Shown here in pieces: positions 12,988 through 27,344 of a DNA stretch of 64,000 nucleotides. Origin of the DNA: Eledone cirrhosa (lineage: Eukaryota); the NCBI GenBank assembly GCA_964016885.1, contig OZ024741.1, positions 14,074,001 to 14,138,000 on the forward strand, in the 5' to 3' direction. Under the pieces are notes generated by a model that worked only from the letters and a program-made list of their open reading frames with translations, was not told where the DNA came from and made no database searches. The position numbers and the translations under genes are program-made. Each line of letters opens with the position of its first letter. Position 1 is the stretch's first letter.

Positions 12988-14690
12988 CATATCACTATAT
13001 CACTCTCTATATCACTCTATATCACTCTCTATATCACTCTATATCACTCTCTATATCACTCTCTATATCACTCTCTATATCACTCTCTATATCACTCTCC
13101 ATATCACTCTCCATATCACTCTCCATATCACTCTATATCACTCTCTATATCACTCTCTATATCACTCTATATCACACTCTATATCACTCTATATCACTCT
13201 CTATATCACTCTCTATATCACTCTATATCACTCTCTATATCACTCTTTATCACTCTATATCACTCTCTATATCACTCTATATCACACTCTATATCACTCT
13301 ATATCACTCTATATCACTCTATATCACACTCTATATCACTCTCTATATCACTCTCTATATCACTCTATATCACTCTATATCACACTCTATATCACTCTAT
13401 ATCACTCTCTATATCACTCTCTATATCACTCTATATCACACTCTATATCACTCTCTATATCACTCTCTATATCACTCTCTATATCACTCTATATCACTCT
13501 CTATATCACTCTATATCACTCTCTATATCACTCTCTATATCACTCTATATCACTCTATATCACTCTCTATATCACTCTCTATATCACTCTCTATATCACT
13601 CTATATCACTCTCTATATCACTCTATATCACTCTATATCACTCTCCATATCACTCTCTATATCACTCTATATCACTCTCTATATCACTCTATATCACTCT
13701 CTATATCACTCTCTATATCACTCTCTATATCACTCTATATCACACTCTATATCACTCTATATCACTCTATATCACTCTCTATATCACTCTCTATATCACT
13801 CTATATCACTCTCTATATCACTCTATATCACTCTCTATATCACTCTATATCACTCTATATCACTCTCTATATCACTCTCTATATCACTCTATATCACTCT
13901 CCATATCACTCTCTATATCACTCTATATCACTCTATATCACACTCTATATCACTCTCTATATCACTCTCTATATCACTCTATATCACACTCTATATCACT
14001 CTATATCACTCTCTATATCACTCTCTATATCACTCTATATCACTCTCTATATCACTCTCTATATCACTCTATATCACTCTCTATATCACTCTATATCACT
14101 CTATATCACTCTCTATATCACTCTATATCACTCTCTATATCACTCTATATCACTCTATATCACTCTCTATATCACTCTCTATATCACTCTCTATATCACT
14201 CTATATCACTCTCCATATCACTCTCTATATCACTCTCTATATCACTCTCTATATCACTCTATATCACTCTATATCACTCTCTATATCACTCTATATCACT
14301 CTCTATATCACTCTATATCACTCTCTATATCACTCTATATCACTATATATCACTCTATATATCACTCTCTATATCACTCCCTCTATCACTCTATATCACT
14401 CTCTATATCACTCTCTATATCACTCTCTATATCACTCTCTATATCACTCTATATATCACTATATATCACTCTATATCACCCTCTATATCACTCTATATCA
14501 CTCTCTATATCACTCTCTATATCACTCTCTATATCACTCTCTATATTACTCTCTATATCACTCTATATCACTCTCTATATCACTCTATATCGCTCTCTAT
14601 ATCACTCTCTATATCACTCTATATCACCCTATATCACACTCTATATCACTCTCTATATCACTCTATATCACACTCTATATACACTCTATA
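12988..14690. repeat. 10/12-bp minisatellite (atatcactct[ct])
   Basis: Direct observation. Confidence 0.95.
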
Positions 14691-14997
14691 TACAAAGGAC
14701 CGTGACAAGTGGAGTGATGCTGTGCTGAATAGGACCCCTCCCACCCTTGCAAGCAGGGAAAAGTGGACGTAAAATGATGATGATGATAATAATAAACAAG
14801 AAAGACAGTTACATTAAAATAAATAGTACCAGTAATACACTGGGATAATTGTTGGCCTTGTGCCAAAAGTAGAAACAATTATTATAATATATATATATGT
14901 AGGGAAAAAAGATGAAATCGAAAATGTAACTGGAGTCTTTTTTCTTTTAAATATATGTTTATTTGGTTCCTTTACTGGTTTCGATGTTCTTCTGCTT

Positions 14998-15335
14998 GGG
15001 TTGGATTTGGATTTAGGTTGCAGTAGTTCATGGTATGGGAAAGTTGCTATGTGGTCACAAAATTTGTCCAGAACTCTGTTTCTACCTTTTGTTGGGTTGT
15101 AGCTGCTTTTATTCCGTACAATTGATTGGTTGTTATTCTCCTTGTCAAAGAATTCCTCTGTGAGACGTAATTTTGTACAGAAGTGTGAGATATCGTCATT
15201 TATCTCATTGAGGTTAGAGTATTGTGGTGTTGGGGTGAATTTCAGTCCTTTGGAGAGAATTTTTACTTGTTGGGCTGAGAAGTTTGTATTTGAAAGGTTG
15301 ATTATTTTCGGTTTTTCAAAATTGGTTTGTGCCAC
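14998..15335 (-). pseudogene. N-terminal fragment of a Penelope-like RT/GIY-YIG polyprotein
   Basis: INLS / KGLKFTPTP motif; truncated before the RT core and fused directly to pLTR sequence. Confidence 0.8.
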
Positions 15336-16020
15336 CTGGTGTCGTGGGTCTAAACAATGATTTTTCTGAATTGTTTTTTCATGGGAATTATTATATCTAA
15401 TGGCATTTCCCCTGTTGTTGTGTGGTCTTGTATAGAAGTTTCAGACGTATTGAGGTTTGGTTTGTTGATGGTCCGGGTTGTAGATTTTGTTCCTTTGCGT
15501 GAGTTGGGACCTACGATTTTGGAACAGGTTCTGTGTGGGTTGGGGTCTACGGTTTTGGAATAGGTTTTGTTTGGCACAAAATTCTCTAAATGGCTACAAA
15601 AAAAAAATTCCAAAATATGGGTGCGAAATTTAATGTATTTGTTCACGTGACAGTCATAATTTCATTTATAACCAATAAAATTACATTTATGAAAAAAAGC
15701 CTTCATGAGCCACCTTTTTTTTAAGTAAAAAGAAATTCAAATACAAACTGGCGCGAAAGCTGATGTGCTTACGTGGCTGTATCAACCAACCAAACTTCAC
15801 TCATATATGAAAAAACAACCTGAGCCCTTCTTTTTTTGAAGGCAAATATAATAAGAACTTTGTAACGCGAACTGGCGCGAAATTTATTATACTTATTCAC
15901 CAATCAACCAAATTACTTCTCTAAAAACCTAGCATTTCGAGCCACTTTTTTCCATATAAAACAGAAGTAACATTTAAATACCAACCAGATGTGAGAAAAA
16001 CCACAAACCCTCCATCTCAA

Positions 16021-16064
16021 TTCTACTTTTGAAAAGCAGAAGAAATTCGAAACCGGTAAAGGAA
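16021..16064 (+). ncRNA. Degenerate minimal type I hammerhead (U3-A8 core) in a pLTR
   Basis: ctt-TTGAAAA-gcag aagaa attc-GAAA-CCGG-TA-aag; stem II is damaged relative to the 43484 copy. Confidence 0.6.
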
Positions 16065-16244
16065 CCAAATAAATATATATTTATTAAAAAAAGACTCCAG
16101 TTGCATTTTCGATTTCATCTTTTTTACTTATACTTTCACTTGTGTAGGACACCTCGTTTTTTTTTTCATTTTGTAAAAAAAAACGTCACTTTCTCATATA
16201 TATATTCAAAAGTAAGATTTTATAATATGTCCCACATGGGTAAA

Positions 16245-16497
16245 AATATAGGAAAAAGAAGTTGAAAATGCAATTGGAGTCTTTAATAAGGTTTATTTAC
16301 TATAATTTATAACTTTACCGGTTACACAAATTTCATGATTTTCAAAAGTTAAGAGTGCTGGAGAGATGTATGGTTGTGGACATAGCCACACATCTCTCTT
16401 GACTTTTGAAAATCTTGCGAAATCAGTAAAGTCATAAATTATTATAAATAAACCTTCTTAAATATTCCAATTGCATTTCAACTTCTTTTTCCTATAT
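16245..16497. mobile_element. Fold-back PLE pLTR insertion (relative of the 14900 family) with a U3-A8 hammerhead motif in each arm
   Basis: Arms ~16245-16350 and ~16401-16497 are inverted. + strand: gactt-TTGAAAA-tcttgc-GAAA-tcag-TA-aagtc (16401-16433). - strand: aactt-TTGAAAA-...-GTAA-ccgg-TA-aagtt (16311-16350). Confidence 0.7.
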
Positions 16498-16504
16498 ATA
16501 TATA

Positions 16505-16940
16505 TCATCATCATCACCATTTAATATCTATATTTCCACATTTGCATGGGGTAGACAAGTCATCCACGTAATTAGACAAGTCAGGCCAACTGGCTATGCT
16601 GTACTTTACTCAAACGGGACTGTCTTTTGACAGGGACTTTTACAGCTGCATGCCCTTCCTAACACCTGCCACATTTACAGGATATATATCATCATCATCA
16701 TCATTGTTTAACGTCTATCTTTCACGCTAGCATGGGTTAGACGGAAGTTGTCCCACTTGAAGCAAGATTGGTCGGGTGACTGTGTCTCTCATATAGGACT
16801 ATCTGGCAGGTTTTCTACGGCTGGATGACCTTCCTAACACCAACCACATTTACAGTGTGGACTGGGAACTTTTTACCGTGTTACCTACACTGCCACATTA
16901 CAGCGTGGACTGTGTGTTTTTTTGTCGTGACACCTAAACG
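16505..16940 (-). mobile_element. Two short RTE 3'-end fragments
   Basis: (CAT)n tails at ~16505 and ~16690 with gcatgggt..gac and tgcccttcctaacac-like motifs. Confidence 0.75.
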
Positions 16941-16970
16941 ATCTCGATCTCCATCTCATTATCTCAACAG

Positions 16971-17027
<57 letters not shown>

Positions 17028-18428
17028 TGTATATATACACACATACATATATGTATGTATATAACAAATCCAAATGACAGACATTAAATACTCTACAGGA
17101 AGTCTGTCATCTTGACCTGTTCTCTCTGTGTTATATATCCCACCTTTCTACTCTTAAATGATGCTCCTATATGTCTCTACCTATAATGATATAAACATAT
17201 CCAGCTTAAATATATTATTTACTCACACAATCTCTCTTTAGTTAACTTTGTGTAATGTTTATATATATATATGATTGTCTTTTGTAGTGTAAAAGTAATA
17301 TATCAATAAAGTAGACTTGTCAGTAGAAGTAGTAAAACATTGTTTGTCATTTGAATCATAAAATATAATAATAAAACATTGTCTATGATATATAATTATA
17401 AACAGTTATTATTAAATTTTTTACCCAAGTGATAAACAGTGTTTTATAAATTCTAACAATTATACTTTATAAATATATATTACATATGTGTCAACAATTT
17501 GACATTTGTGCATTACTGAACTTCTTTGTAGCCATAAATACAGCCTGCTCTTTCAGATGTGATAAAAAATATCTTTTATTTGTATCTGAAAGAGATAGTT
17601 GTATTGTTGATTGTTATTTTCTGTTGTTAGTACTTAAAATTGTGTGTGTACGCACGTATATATATATATATATACAGCCACACACATACAAACACAGACA
17701 AATATATATAAATATACATATATACACATATATATATATAAAATGATGATGATGATATATATGCACATATATATGTGTGTATATATATATATATGGGTGT
17801 GTGTCTGTGGTTGTTTGTGTGTGTGCATGTGTTTCTTAAATATATATATGGTTATTATCTTTATAAATGTTTTATATGTGAATATATATGTTAATATGTT
17901 GCAATATACTTTAAGGCAGGTTTGTTGTAATTACATAATAATTTTTATTATGCACATTTCAGTAACACCTTTTGCATTTATACAACTACAAAATGTAGGA
18001 TATCCTCTGATAATTACAAAGAATTATGTAGGAAAGTTTATATCAGAAATAAAGCTATCAATAGATGTCTAGTACTATGACATATCATGTAATTACACAG
18101 ACCAGTCTTGACATTTATTTGGATATCAATGCTCTCTCATATCAAACATGATCTCATATCAAACATGATCTCATATCAGATTCGATCCCATATCAATGGT
18201 CGATACATACTATCCAACATGGAGTGTTCCATTCTGTTAATATCCAACAGAATGAATAATTTTATAATTGTTCCATTAAATATAACCAGTTTTGATTGGT
18301 GTAACAATCTTATCAAATATTAGATATTAGATATTGAATATTTAAACCTGTTCGAACTGCTCACATAATACATGAATTAAAAGATTTTTTAAATATTCAA
18401 TATTTAACATCTAATATTTAGTTATTTA

Positions 18429-21400
18429 ATCATCATCACCGTTTTACGTCCGTTCTTCCATGCTAGCATGGGTTAGATGGGTTATCCTGTTGTGGGCTGT
18501 GCCTGGTCGGCTGACCATGGCTTGCTCATACAGGAACTGATTCTGGCTTGATTTCTACAGCTGGGTGCCCTTCCAAACACCAACCTCATTTACAGTGAGT
18601 GCTGGGTGCTTTTTTCCGTCGCGCCTACATGTCTACTTTACAGTGTGGGCTGGGTGCTTTTTTGCCGTGGCACCTCCACGACCACTTTGCAGTGGGAGGG
18701 TGTGGGGGCATATTGTCTATATGCTTCAGTTTTGGCTTGTACCCCTGGGAGGTCAGAGGTCACGGTCATGTGTCATCGCCTTTGAGAGGTGTAATTGGGT
18801 AAGGTCGGCTTTTATCACCTCATCCCAGGTCTTCTTGGGTCTCCCCACTCCGCGGTTTCCATCGACTTCTAGTGCTCTGCACCTTTTTATGCAGCTGTCA
18901 TCCTTCATACGCATCACATGTCCATACCAACGCAACCGCCTCTCCTGCACACAGCATTTGATTCCTCTTATCCTCACTCTTTCTCTCAATTCATTTATGC
19001 TTTGTCGTTCACGTATATTACTATTACACATCCATCGGAGTATGCAGGCTTTGTTTCTTTCTAATCTACGTAAGTCTTCCACCTTCAGCGCCCAGGTCTC
19101 ACTACCATGTAACATTGCTGTTCATATACATGCATCAGACAGTCTGCCTTTCATTTTGAGGGAAAAGCCTTTTGCAGCTAGCAGTGGCAGTAGCTCCCTG
19201 AACTTCTTCCATCCCGTTCTTACCCTAGTTATTGTACTTTCTGAACACCCACCTCAGCTGCTAATTCGGTCACCTAGGTAGCAGAAGCTGTCTACTGTTT
19301 CTACAGAGCCCTCTCAGAGATTGGTGGTACTTGTTTCCTGCGGCTGTTTGCTGCTTGCTGTCCCAGCACAGCTGCTACATGTGAAGCCTACATTCTTAAT
19401 TAAGCTACCTGAGATCGTGCTACATCTCTTGTGTTCCCATTGTTTACATTTGGGGCAGAGAATGGAGTTGCTACCTACACCTTTCCTACATACTGAGCAA
19501 GGCCATTTCCCTGAGGGGATCTGGGTTCTGTTTTCTCGTTTACTTACAAGGACCTTAGTCTTTGTCAGGTTGACTTTGAGACCCTTTCTTTCTAGTCCCT
19601 GCTTTTCTCTAATTCTACCATAGATTCAGCTATAAGTGCGAGATCATCTGCATACAGGAGTTCCCATGGGCATCCGGTCTTAAACTCCTCCGTTATTGCC
19701 TGCAGGACTATGATGAACAGGAGAGGGCTAAGAACAGAGCCCTGGTGGACCCCAACCTGTACGCTAAATTCCTCGCTATACTCATTGCTAATCCTAACTT
19801 TGCTGACTGCTCCCCTTTACATGGCTTGTACAGCTTTCACAAGCCATTCATCTACTCCTAGTTTTCTAAGAGCCCACCAGATTATAGCACGTGGAACTCT
19901 GTCAAAGGCTTTCTCAAGGTCGACAAATGCCAAGTAGAGTGGCTTACTTTTAGCTACGTACTTTTCCTGTAATTGCCTCTCCCTGGTACAAACCCAAATT
20001 GCATCTCATCTAGTTGCACCCAGTCCCTAATCAACTGTGCTATAACTCTTTCTGTTACTTTCATGACCTGGTCCATCAGCTTTATACCTCTATCATCATC
20101 ATCATCGTTTAACGTCCATCTTCCACGCTTGCATGGGTTTGGACGGGAATTTTCCCACTTGAGGCAAGATTGGTTGACTTGCTCGTATTGGACTGTCTGG
20201 CAGGTTTTCTACGGCTGGATGCCCTTCCTAATACCAACTACGTTTACAGTGTGGACTGGGAGGTTTTTACCGTGTTACCTACACGGCCACATTACAGCGT
20301 GGACTGTGTGTTTTTTTTTTGTTGTGACACCTACACAACCTCATTTGTTTCGGCCTGGATGTTGTGGTACCAACATAACTTCACATTTAAGGGGGTGGTG
20401 TGGATGGGGTGGGGGTAGTGGGACAGGGTGTATTTTTGTTAGAGGTGCCTACTGACTGTAGGTTTCACTTTGTACTTAGGCAAGGCGGGTCTTCTGTATT
20501 ACTGTGTAGCGCCAAAGATCTCAGTCCAGTGACATTGTCTTGGAGAGGTGTATGTGTGTGAGGTCGGAATTTATCAAGTCGTCCCAGGTTTTTCTGGGTC
20601 TGCCTACTCCGTGGCTACCGTCTATTTTTATCGCCATGCACTTTTTTACACAGCTGTCTTTCATGCGCATCACGTTTATGCTTTGCCATTCATGTATATT
20701 ACTATTACACATCCAGCGGAGCATGCAAGCTTCGTTCCTCTCCAGTCTGCATATATCCTCTGCACACAATGCCCAGGTCTCACTGCCATGTAACATTGCT
20801 GTTCGTATGCAGGCATCATACAGCCTGCCTTTCATTTTTAGAGAGAACCCTTTAGCGGCCAATAGTGGTATAAGCTCTCTGAACTTTTTCCATCCCATTC
20901 TGACTCTAGCTACTGTACTTTCAGAGCACCCTTCCCCACTGCTGATTTTGTCACCCAGGTAACGGAAGGTGTCCACTATTTCTATAGAACCATCTGTGCA
21001 ATGGAATGGGCTAGTATTCTGTGGGCACTTGCTGCTACTTATTGCACCTGAGCACCGGCCACATATAAAATCTATATTCTTAGTTAGCTTACCTGTGATC
21101 CCACTACATCTTTTATACACCCATACTTTGCATTTTGGACATAAAATGGAGTTTCTGCTTACTCCTTTCCTACACACTGAGCATGGCCATTTCCCAGATG
21201 GGACCGGTGCCCTATTTTCCTTCCTACAAACTAGAACTTTAGTCTTAGACAGGTTAATTTTAAGGCCTTTTGATTCTAGGCCGTGCTTCCATGTTTGGAA
21301 TTTCTTCTCTAGTTCAGCCATTGATTCAGCTATGAGCGTTAAATCATCTGCGTATAGGAGTTCCCATGAGCAGCTGGTCTTGAACTCCTCTGTTATAGCC

Positions 21401-23430
21401 TGAAGGGCAATAATAAATAGTAGGGGGCTAAGAACGGAGCCCTGATGAACACCAACTTTTACTCTAAACTCATCACTATATTCGTTGTTAATTCTAACCT
21501 TGCTGACTGTTTCTTTATACATGGCTTGTATAGCTCTCACAAGCCATTCATCAACACCTAGTTTTCTAAGAGCCCACCAGATAATGGAGCGGGGGACTCT
21601 GTTAAAGGCTTTCTCCAAGTCAACAAAAGCTAAGTATAGGGGTTTACTTTTAGCTAGGTACTTCTCCTGTAGTTGTCGTACCTCTATTGTTTCCTCTATC
21701 TAGTGCATCACCTTTACCTTTGTAGCAGTTGACAATGATGCTACTGCACCAATCTTTTGGTATGACACCTTCTAGTATTACCTGGTTAACAATACGTGTG
21801 GTTATAGTGTGACTTACAGACCCAGATGCCTTCAGCATCTCGGCAGCTATACCCGATGGACCGGTTGCCTTCCCCATCTTCATATCTTTGATTGCCTTAC
21901 TTACTATGCTGCTGCTGACTTGTACTGCTGGCCCCTCTATAGGGTCTACTTGGGGTAGGATCTCTTCTTCCCATGCATTCTCCTCATTTAGTAATCTACC
22001 ATAATGGCTCTTTCATGCATCTTTCTTCTCAGCACTTGTGAGGGCAAGCTCACCTTTATCATTCCGGATACACTTCTCTCCAATGACATCACAATTCTCT
22101 CTGACACACTTCCTCGCAATCTTGAACACCTCCTGTTTCTGGTCCTCATGTTGCAAAACATGCTTGAATTTTCTATCCTCTGCTTCCCTCCTAGCTAAGT
22201 ATACTTGTCGCCTAGCTACCCTCCTGGTCTCTATGTAATGTACCCTGCTTCCCCCGTTCTTCCATTCTTTCCATGCCTGTCTCTTGGCCTTAACTGCCTC
22301 ATCTACCTTATTGTTCCACTACCAAGTCACTCTCCTCCTGTCTGTGGTCTTACTCCAGTCACAGATCTCATCCGTCACCTCTAGTAAGTTATTTTTTAGG
22401 AACTCCCAATGCTCTTCTACATTGAATGTCTCTATCTGTTCTTCTTTACTGTCGTAGGCGTTGAGTAAAATATTTTAAAATCTGTTACTGGCTGAGGGGT
22501 CTTTCAGCTTCCAGATCTTTCTTCTCCAGGTTGGCCTCTGTTTCCAGGTTCTTCTAGTTCTGACCGTGAGGTCGCTGACAACTAAGCTATGTTGGGAGGT
22601 ACATTCCTCACTAGGGAAGGCTTTTGTGTTTACGACCATCCTTTTGTCACGTCTTCTGATGAGGATAAAATCTATCTGACTAGAATGCTCCTCTGATCTG
22701 TAGGTGATCAGGTGGTTGTCGGGTTTTTTGAAGTTTGTGTTGCATATCGACATGTCATTGGCGTCGCAGAATTCTAGAAGCCTGAATCCATCTTCATTTC
22801 TTGTGCCAACCCTGTGGCCTCCATGGACTCTATTGAAGCCGTCACAGTGTTTACCTACGTGTCCGTTAAAATTTCCTGCGATGATTAGGAAGTCATTGTG
22901 ATTTGTTAGAGCAGTAGTATGCATTAGGGACTCGTAAAACCTATCCTTAAGTTCGTCTGGCGACCATGATTGGGGTGCATAAGTTGATATTATTGTGGTA
23001 ATTGTTTTATTCAGGACTAGTCTGAGTTAATGATTCTTGCATTTACCCTGTGCACTGAGATTGCTTTATCTACCCACTTGTCAGCTAGTAGAATACCTAC
23101 ACCACCCATCCCATCGTCATTTCCCACCCAGAAAAATTTGTAGCACTGACTTTTTCCTACAAGGACTCTAGCAGACTCTCCTCTCCATCTAGTCTCTTGC
23201 ACACAGCATACATCAATTTCCTTTCGCTCTAGCATCTCTACAATTTCTCCTGCTCTTCCTTTCATTGTGCTTACATTGATGGTACCAACTCGGAGTTTTG
23301 GGCATTTGTCAACATTCATGGGGAAGGGTCGATTTTTGCAGGGGTGTGCGTGTGCTTCCTGTCTCTGAATTGAAGCTTCACATGGGTGCTTGGTAGCTCG
23401 CGAATTCATATTCATTTTCATTTATTAATG
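18429..23430 (-). mobile_element. Near full-length degenerate RTE-clade LINE (family A: APE endonuclease + RT), interrupted by a second RTE
   Basis: APE motifs LRVGTINV..DVCCVQETRW, GNFNGHVG and SQIDFIL..SQHSLV; GKATGPSGI..EMLK; LLYADD-region RT; RLRWYGHVMR..GRPKKTW; (ATG)n tail at 18429. The 5' boundary is approximate. Confidence 0.92.
20094..21678 (-). mobile_element. 5'-truncated RTE LINE (family B) nested in the family A element
   Basis: 365-aa RT ORF (GVHQGSVLSP, LLYADD), own 3'UTR and (ATG)n tail, flanked by the direct repeat TACCTCTAT at 20085-20093 and 21679-21687. Confidence 0.9.
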
Positions 23431-24080
23431 GCAGGGTGTGTTGGGGCTGGGACGGGTGAGGAGAGAGGTAAGTAATAGTAGAAATGGCAGGGTTTGTTGG
23501 GGTTGGTAATGGGTGAGGGGAACATGCTGAGGTTTGATTGGTCGAATAGGCTATGGTGGTTTGAGGGGGGCAATTGTGAGGTAGGTAGCCATCATGGCCT
23601 GTAGCATCTCATGGCAAAATAAACCGATAGGAGTAGATGACTTTGAAGAGACAGCGAACTGATAGATAAAACAACACTAATAATAGTGTAAGAGAGGGGA
23701 GGAGAGTAGATGACTCCGTAGAGAGGCAGCATGGGAGAGAAAATGAGGGTAAAAATAAATGTGTTGTGGAAGCTAGTGAAGTGATAAATACAGCAATAAT
23801 TGTGTGAGCAGAACATTTGCAATTGGGAAATAGAGGGATACCTGGAAGATTTGTATGGATGGATGGCTGGAACGTGGTTTAGCAGCTCTAGTGATTCATT
23901 TAATATTATTATTAAATCAATCAAAACCAGTTATAATATTTCTATTTATTCTATTGGATTAAAGAAAAAATAATCTTTAAATATACTTCTGTGTATTTTC
24001 ATCGTCACCTTTTAATAAGTGTGTATATGTGTCTGTGTGTGCATAGAAAAGCAGATATAAGATGATGATAATATATATAT

Positions 24081-24305
24081 ATCATCATCATCGCCGTTTT
24101 ACGTCCGTTCTTCCACGCTAGCATGGGTTGGACAAGTTGTCCAGTTGTGGGCAGTGTCCAGTCGGCTGACCTTGTCTTGCTCATACAGGAACTGATTCTG
24201 GCTTGATTTCTACAGCTGGATGCCCTTCCTAACACCAACCTCATTTACAGTGAGTGCTGGGTGCTTTTTTTCAGTGGCGCTTACATGTCCACTCAACAGT
24301 GTGGC
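24081..24305 (-). mobile_element. RTE family A 3'UTR fragment
   Basis: Near identical to 18429-18650. Confidence 0.85.
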
Positions 24306-24394
24306 CTCTACGATATATATATATATCATCATCATCACCATTTTACGTCCATTCTTCCATGCTAGCATGGGTTAATATATATATATATATATCA

Positions 24395-24575
24395 TTGGCA
24401 GTATTGGTAGAAAGGTCGGACATGCTTTCCAGCATAGTTACGTCCCTTTACGATCTGAGTTCAAAACCCGCCGAGGTTAACTTTGCCTTTCATCCTTACG
24501 GGATCGATAAAATAAAGTACCAGTAATGTACTGGGTAATTGCTGGCCTTGTGCCAAAAGTAGAAACAATTATTAT
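24395..24575 (+). mobile_element. tRNA-derived SINE family 2 (gcctttcatccttacggggtcgataaaataaagtaccag core)
   Basis: A-box-like tggcagtattggt and B-box-like gagttcaaa. Other copies at ~1400-1560(-), 50708-50930, 54215-54345, 54955-55110(-), 56270-56460, 57270-57570 (tandem), 57585-57715 and 61997-62185. Confidence 0.8.
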
Positions 24576-26469
24576 TTTATGTCCATTTTCTATGCTGGCA
24601 AGTCATCCCAGTCTGACTCAGTTTTTATGTGGGAGCTACTGTCCTCCCAGACAAGTAAGGGGCACACATGTGTTTGTATGCTCCATGTTTGGTATGTATT
24701 TTCTAGATGGATGCTCTTCCTTACCCCAGTCTCTTTACAAAGAACATTCTAACATGGTTCCAACACTAGAGTGTTTGTCAGCTCTCCAACCAGGCATGAC
24801 AAACTTGTCTTCTTGGTGATGTTGTCTCCATGCAGTCACCAACCACTTTCTAGAATGTACTGAGTGTATTTTATCATGGCACCAGCACTAGTTAGACTGT
24901 TTGTGTCATGGCAATGTGATCTTGAGGGTGAATATAATGACAGAAGGACCATGTTTGCTGATGGGAGAGATAATAAATGATGGATATGTAATGAAGAATA
25001 ATGGATGCCCTTAATGAGTAGCCTGGGGGTGAGGGATGATATCTTGTAGCACAGAGAGGGTGTTGGTAGGGTGTATCTAATAGGAACAAATCCAGTGCAG
25101 TCTCTCATACATAGGCATCTTCTTGGGAGAACAAAAGAAAGGGTGGCAGAATGATAAGGATGGTGGTAGGGTGAGATTGAATACAGACTGGGCAAAATAC
25201 TATTCCTTGGGTAGCATGGTGGAGTGATTAGGAAAGAGAGTAAGAGTGTGTGATAGAGAGCTGGAAGATGTGGGAGGAGAAAGGGAGTAGTTGGGGACTT
25301 AACATTGATACAGTGGAGAAGAGACAGAAATGTTGGTATGTTATACATCTCATCCTCCATCACTATTATCATTGGAACCATTTTGGTACCGAACTACCTG
25401 AAAACACCCTGGATTTATGATACAAAACTTATGTTAAAGTCTTTCATAATTTTATTTCAGAAATTTATGTAGTATTCTATATCTCAGCTTACTAATGAAA
25501 AACTTAGTTATTTTATTAAATTCTTCCAAGTTTTTTGTTATTTTCAAAATTGCTTGGAACCCACAGGCAGCATATTTAATTATTCATTAGAAATATGGTA
25601 ATGAAAGGGTTAATGTTCATTGTATCATAATTCACATGTCAACCAGTTTTGCCAGCTTTGTGTGTCACAAATCACCACAGTACTTTGTAGTCACCTTGAA
25701 ACTTAGCCTCTTAAGATCAGTCTTCCCCACCTTATTCCAAGTCTTCTTAGGTCTCTATCTTTCATAAACTTTGTGTGCCCTGCTCTACTTTATACAGCTG
25801 TCATTCTCCATACAACATCATATGTCTGTACCAGCTTAAACCTCTATATAGTTATTTCATATAGTTATTCCATGCAATAGAGATTGATACTTCACATTAC
25901 ATCATCTAAAATATCTATCAAATCATTTGGTCAGTACATTGATGTAAACTATACAAAGATAAAAATGGGTTGTGGTGTTCATGCCTTTCCAACAGTCTTA
26001 TCTACTGTATCAATCTCATATGAAACACATCCATATTATTATATTGCTGTTATCTTCTCAGTTCTTCAGTATTGTATTTTGTCATCATCATCACCATCAT
26101 TTTACATTGACTTTTCATGATGGCATGGGTTGGATAGGTTGTCATAATAGTCTGAAATCAAATGGGTTGGAGTGGCTCTAACATTTGGTATGGGTTCTAC
26201 AGCTGGATGCACTTCCCAGGGTGTACTGGGTACTTTTTTGTTGTACCACCACTAGCATTTTACATCTTCATAGTCATCACTGTTTTACATCTATTTTCCA
26301 AGATGGGTTGTCACATCCTGAGATTTGAGAGGTCAGTGAACCACACCTTCTTCATTCTATTTTGGTGTGATTACTGTGGTTCAATGTTCTTCCTAACACC
26401 TACTACTTTACAGCATCAACTGGGTACATTTAATTGTGGTGCCACCCCTACCACAATATATATATATAT

Positions 26470-27068
26470 ATGCTGTTTACTCGAGAGAAGACTACGTTGG
26501 TATGGTCACGTGATGCGCATGAAAGATGACAGCTGTATAAAAAAGTGCAGGGCGATCAAAATTGATGGAAGCTATGGAGTAGGCAGACCCAGAAAAGCCT
26601 GGGATGATTTGATAAATTCCGACCTTACACACTTACACCTCTCCAAGACAATGTCACTGGACCGAGATCTTTGGCGCTACGCAGTAATACAGAAGACCCG
26701 CTTTGCCTATGTACAAAGCGAAACCTACAGTCAGTAGGCACCTCTTAACCAAAAATACACGCCCATCCCAATACTCCCACCCCCATCAACACCACCCCTT
26801 TCAATGTAAAGTTATGTTGGTACCACAACATCAGTCCTAAATAAATGAGGTTGTGTAGGTGTCACGACAAAAAGCACACAGTCCACGCTGTAATGTGGCC
26901 GTGTAGGTAACACGGTAAAAACCTCCCAGTCCACACTGTAAACGTGGTTGGTGTTAGGAAGGGCATCCAGCCGTAGAAAACCTGCCAGACAGCCTCAAGT
27001 GGGACAATTCCCATCTAAACCCATGCTAGCGTGGAAGATAGACGTTAAACGATGATGATGATGATGAT
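26470..27068 (+). mobile_element. RTE family B 3' fragment
   Basis: ERRLRWYGHVMRMKDDSC..GRPRKAW, 3'UTR and (GAT)n tail. Confidence 0.9.
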
Positions 27069-27072
27069 ATAT

Positions 27073-27125
<53 letters not shown>

Positions 27126-27344
27126 CGGTTCTTATATATTTGATAGATATTTATCCTTATCGACCCCTCTTTGGATTTTAGTCTTCAAATTTATTATTAT
27201 TACTATATAATTTATATATATATAATAAATGTCATCTGAGTTTTTTGAATATTAATAATAACATTTGATTCGTTTGCAATTATGCAAACAAGCCTCATTT
27301 TGAAAGCCATGTCAGTAGAATGAACCCTTCATTCTTGCTCTTGT

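Larger units (their letters stand above)
14900..16135 (-). mobile_element. Internally deleted Penelope-like retroelement with inverted pseudo-LTRs
   Basis: Minus-strand ORF KIINLSNTNFSAQQVKILSKGLKFTPTP...LRLTEEF matches the conserved PLE N-terminal INLS...LxKGLxFxPTP motif. 14900-14997 is the reverse complement of ~16034-16135. The left end abuts (TA)n. Confidence 0.85.

Noticed and set aside
12959-14728. 589-aa ORF
   Set aside because: Translation of a 10/12-bp satellite.
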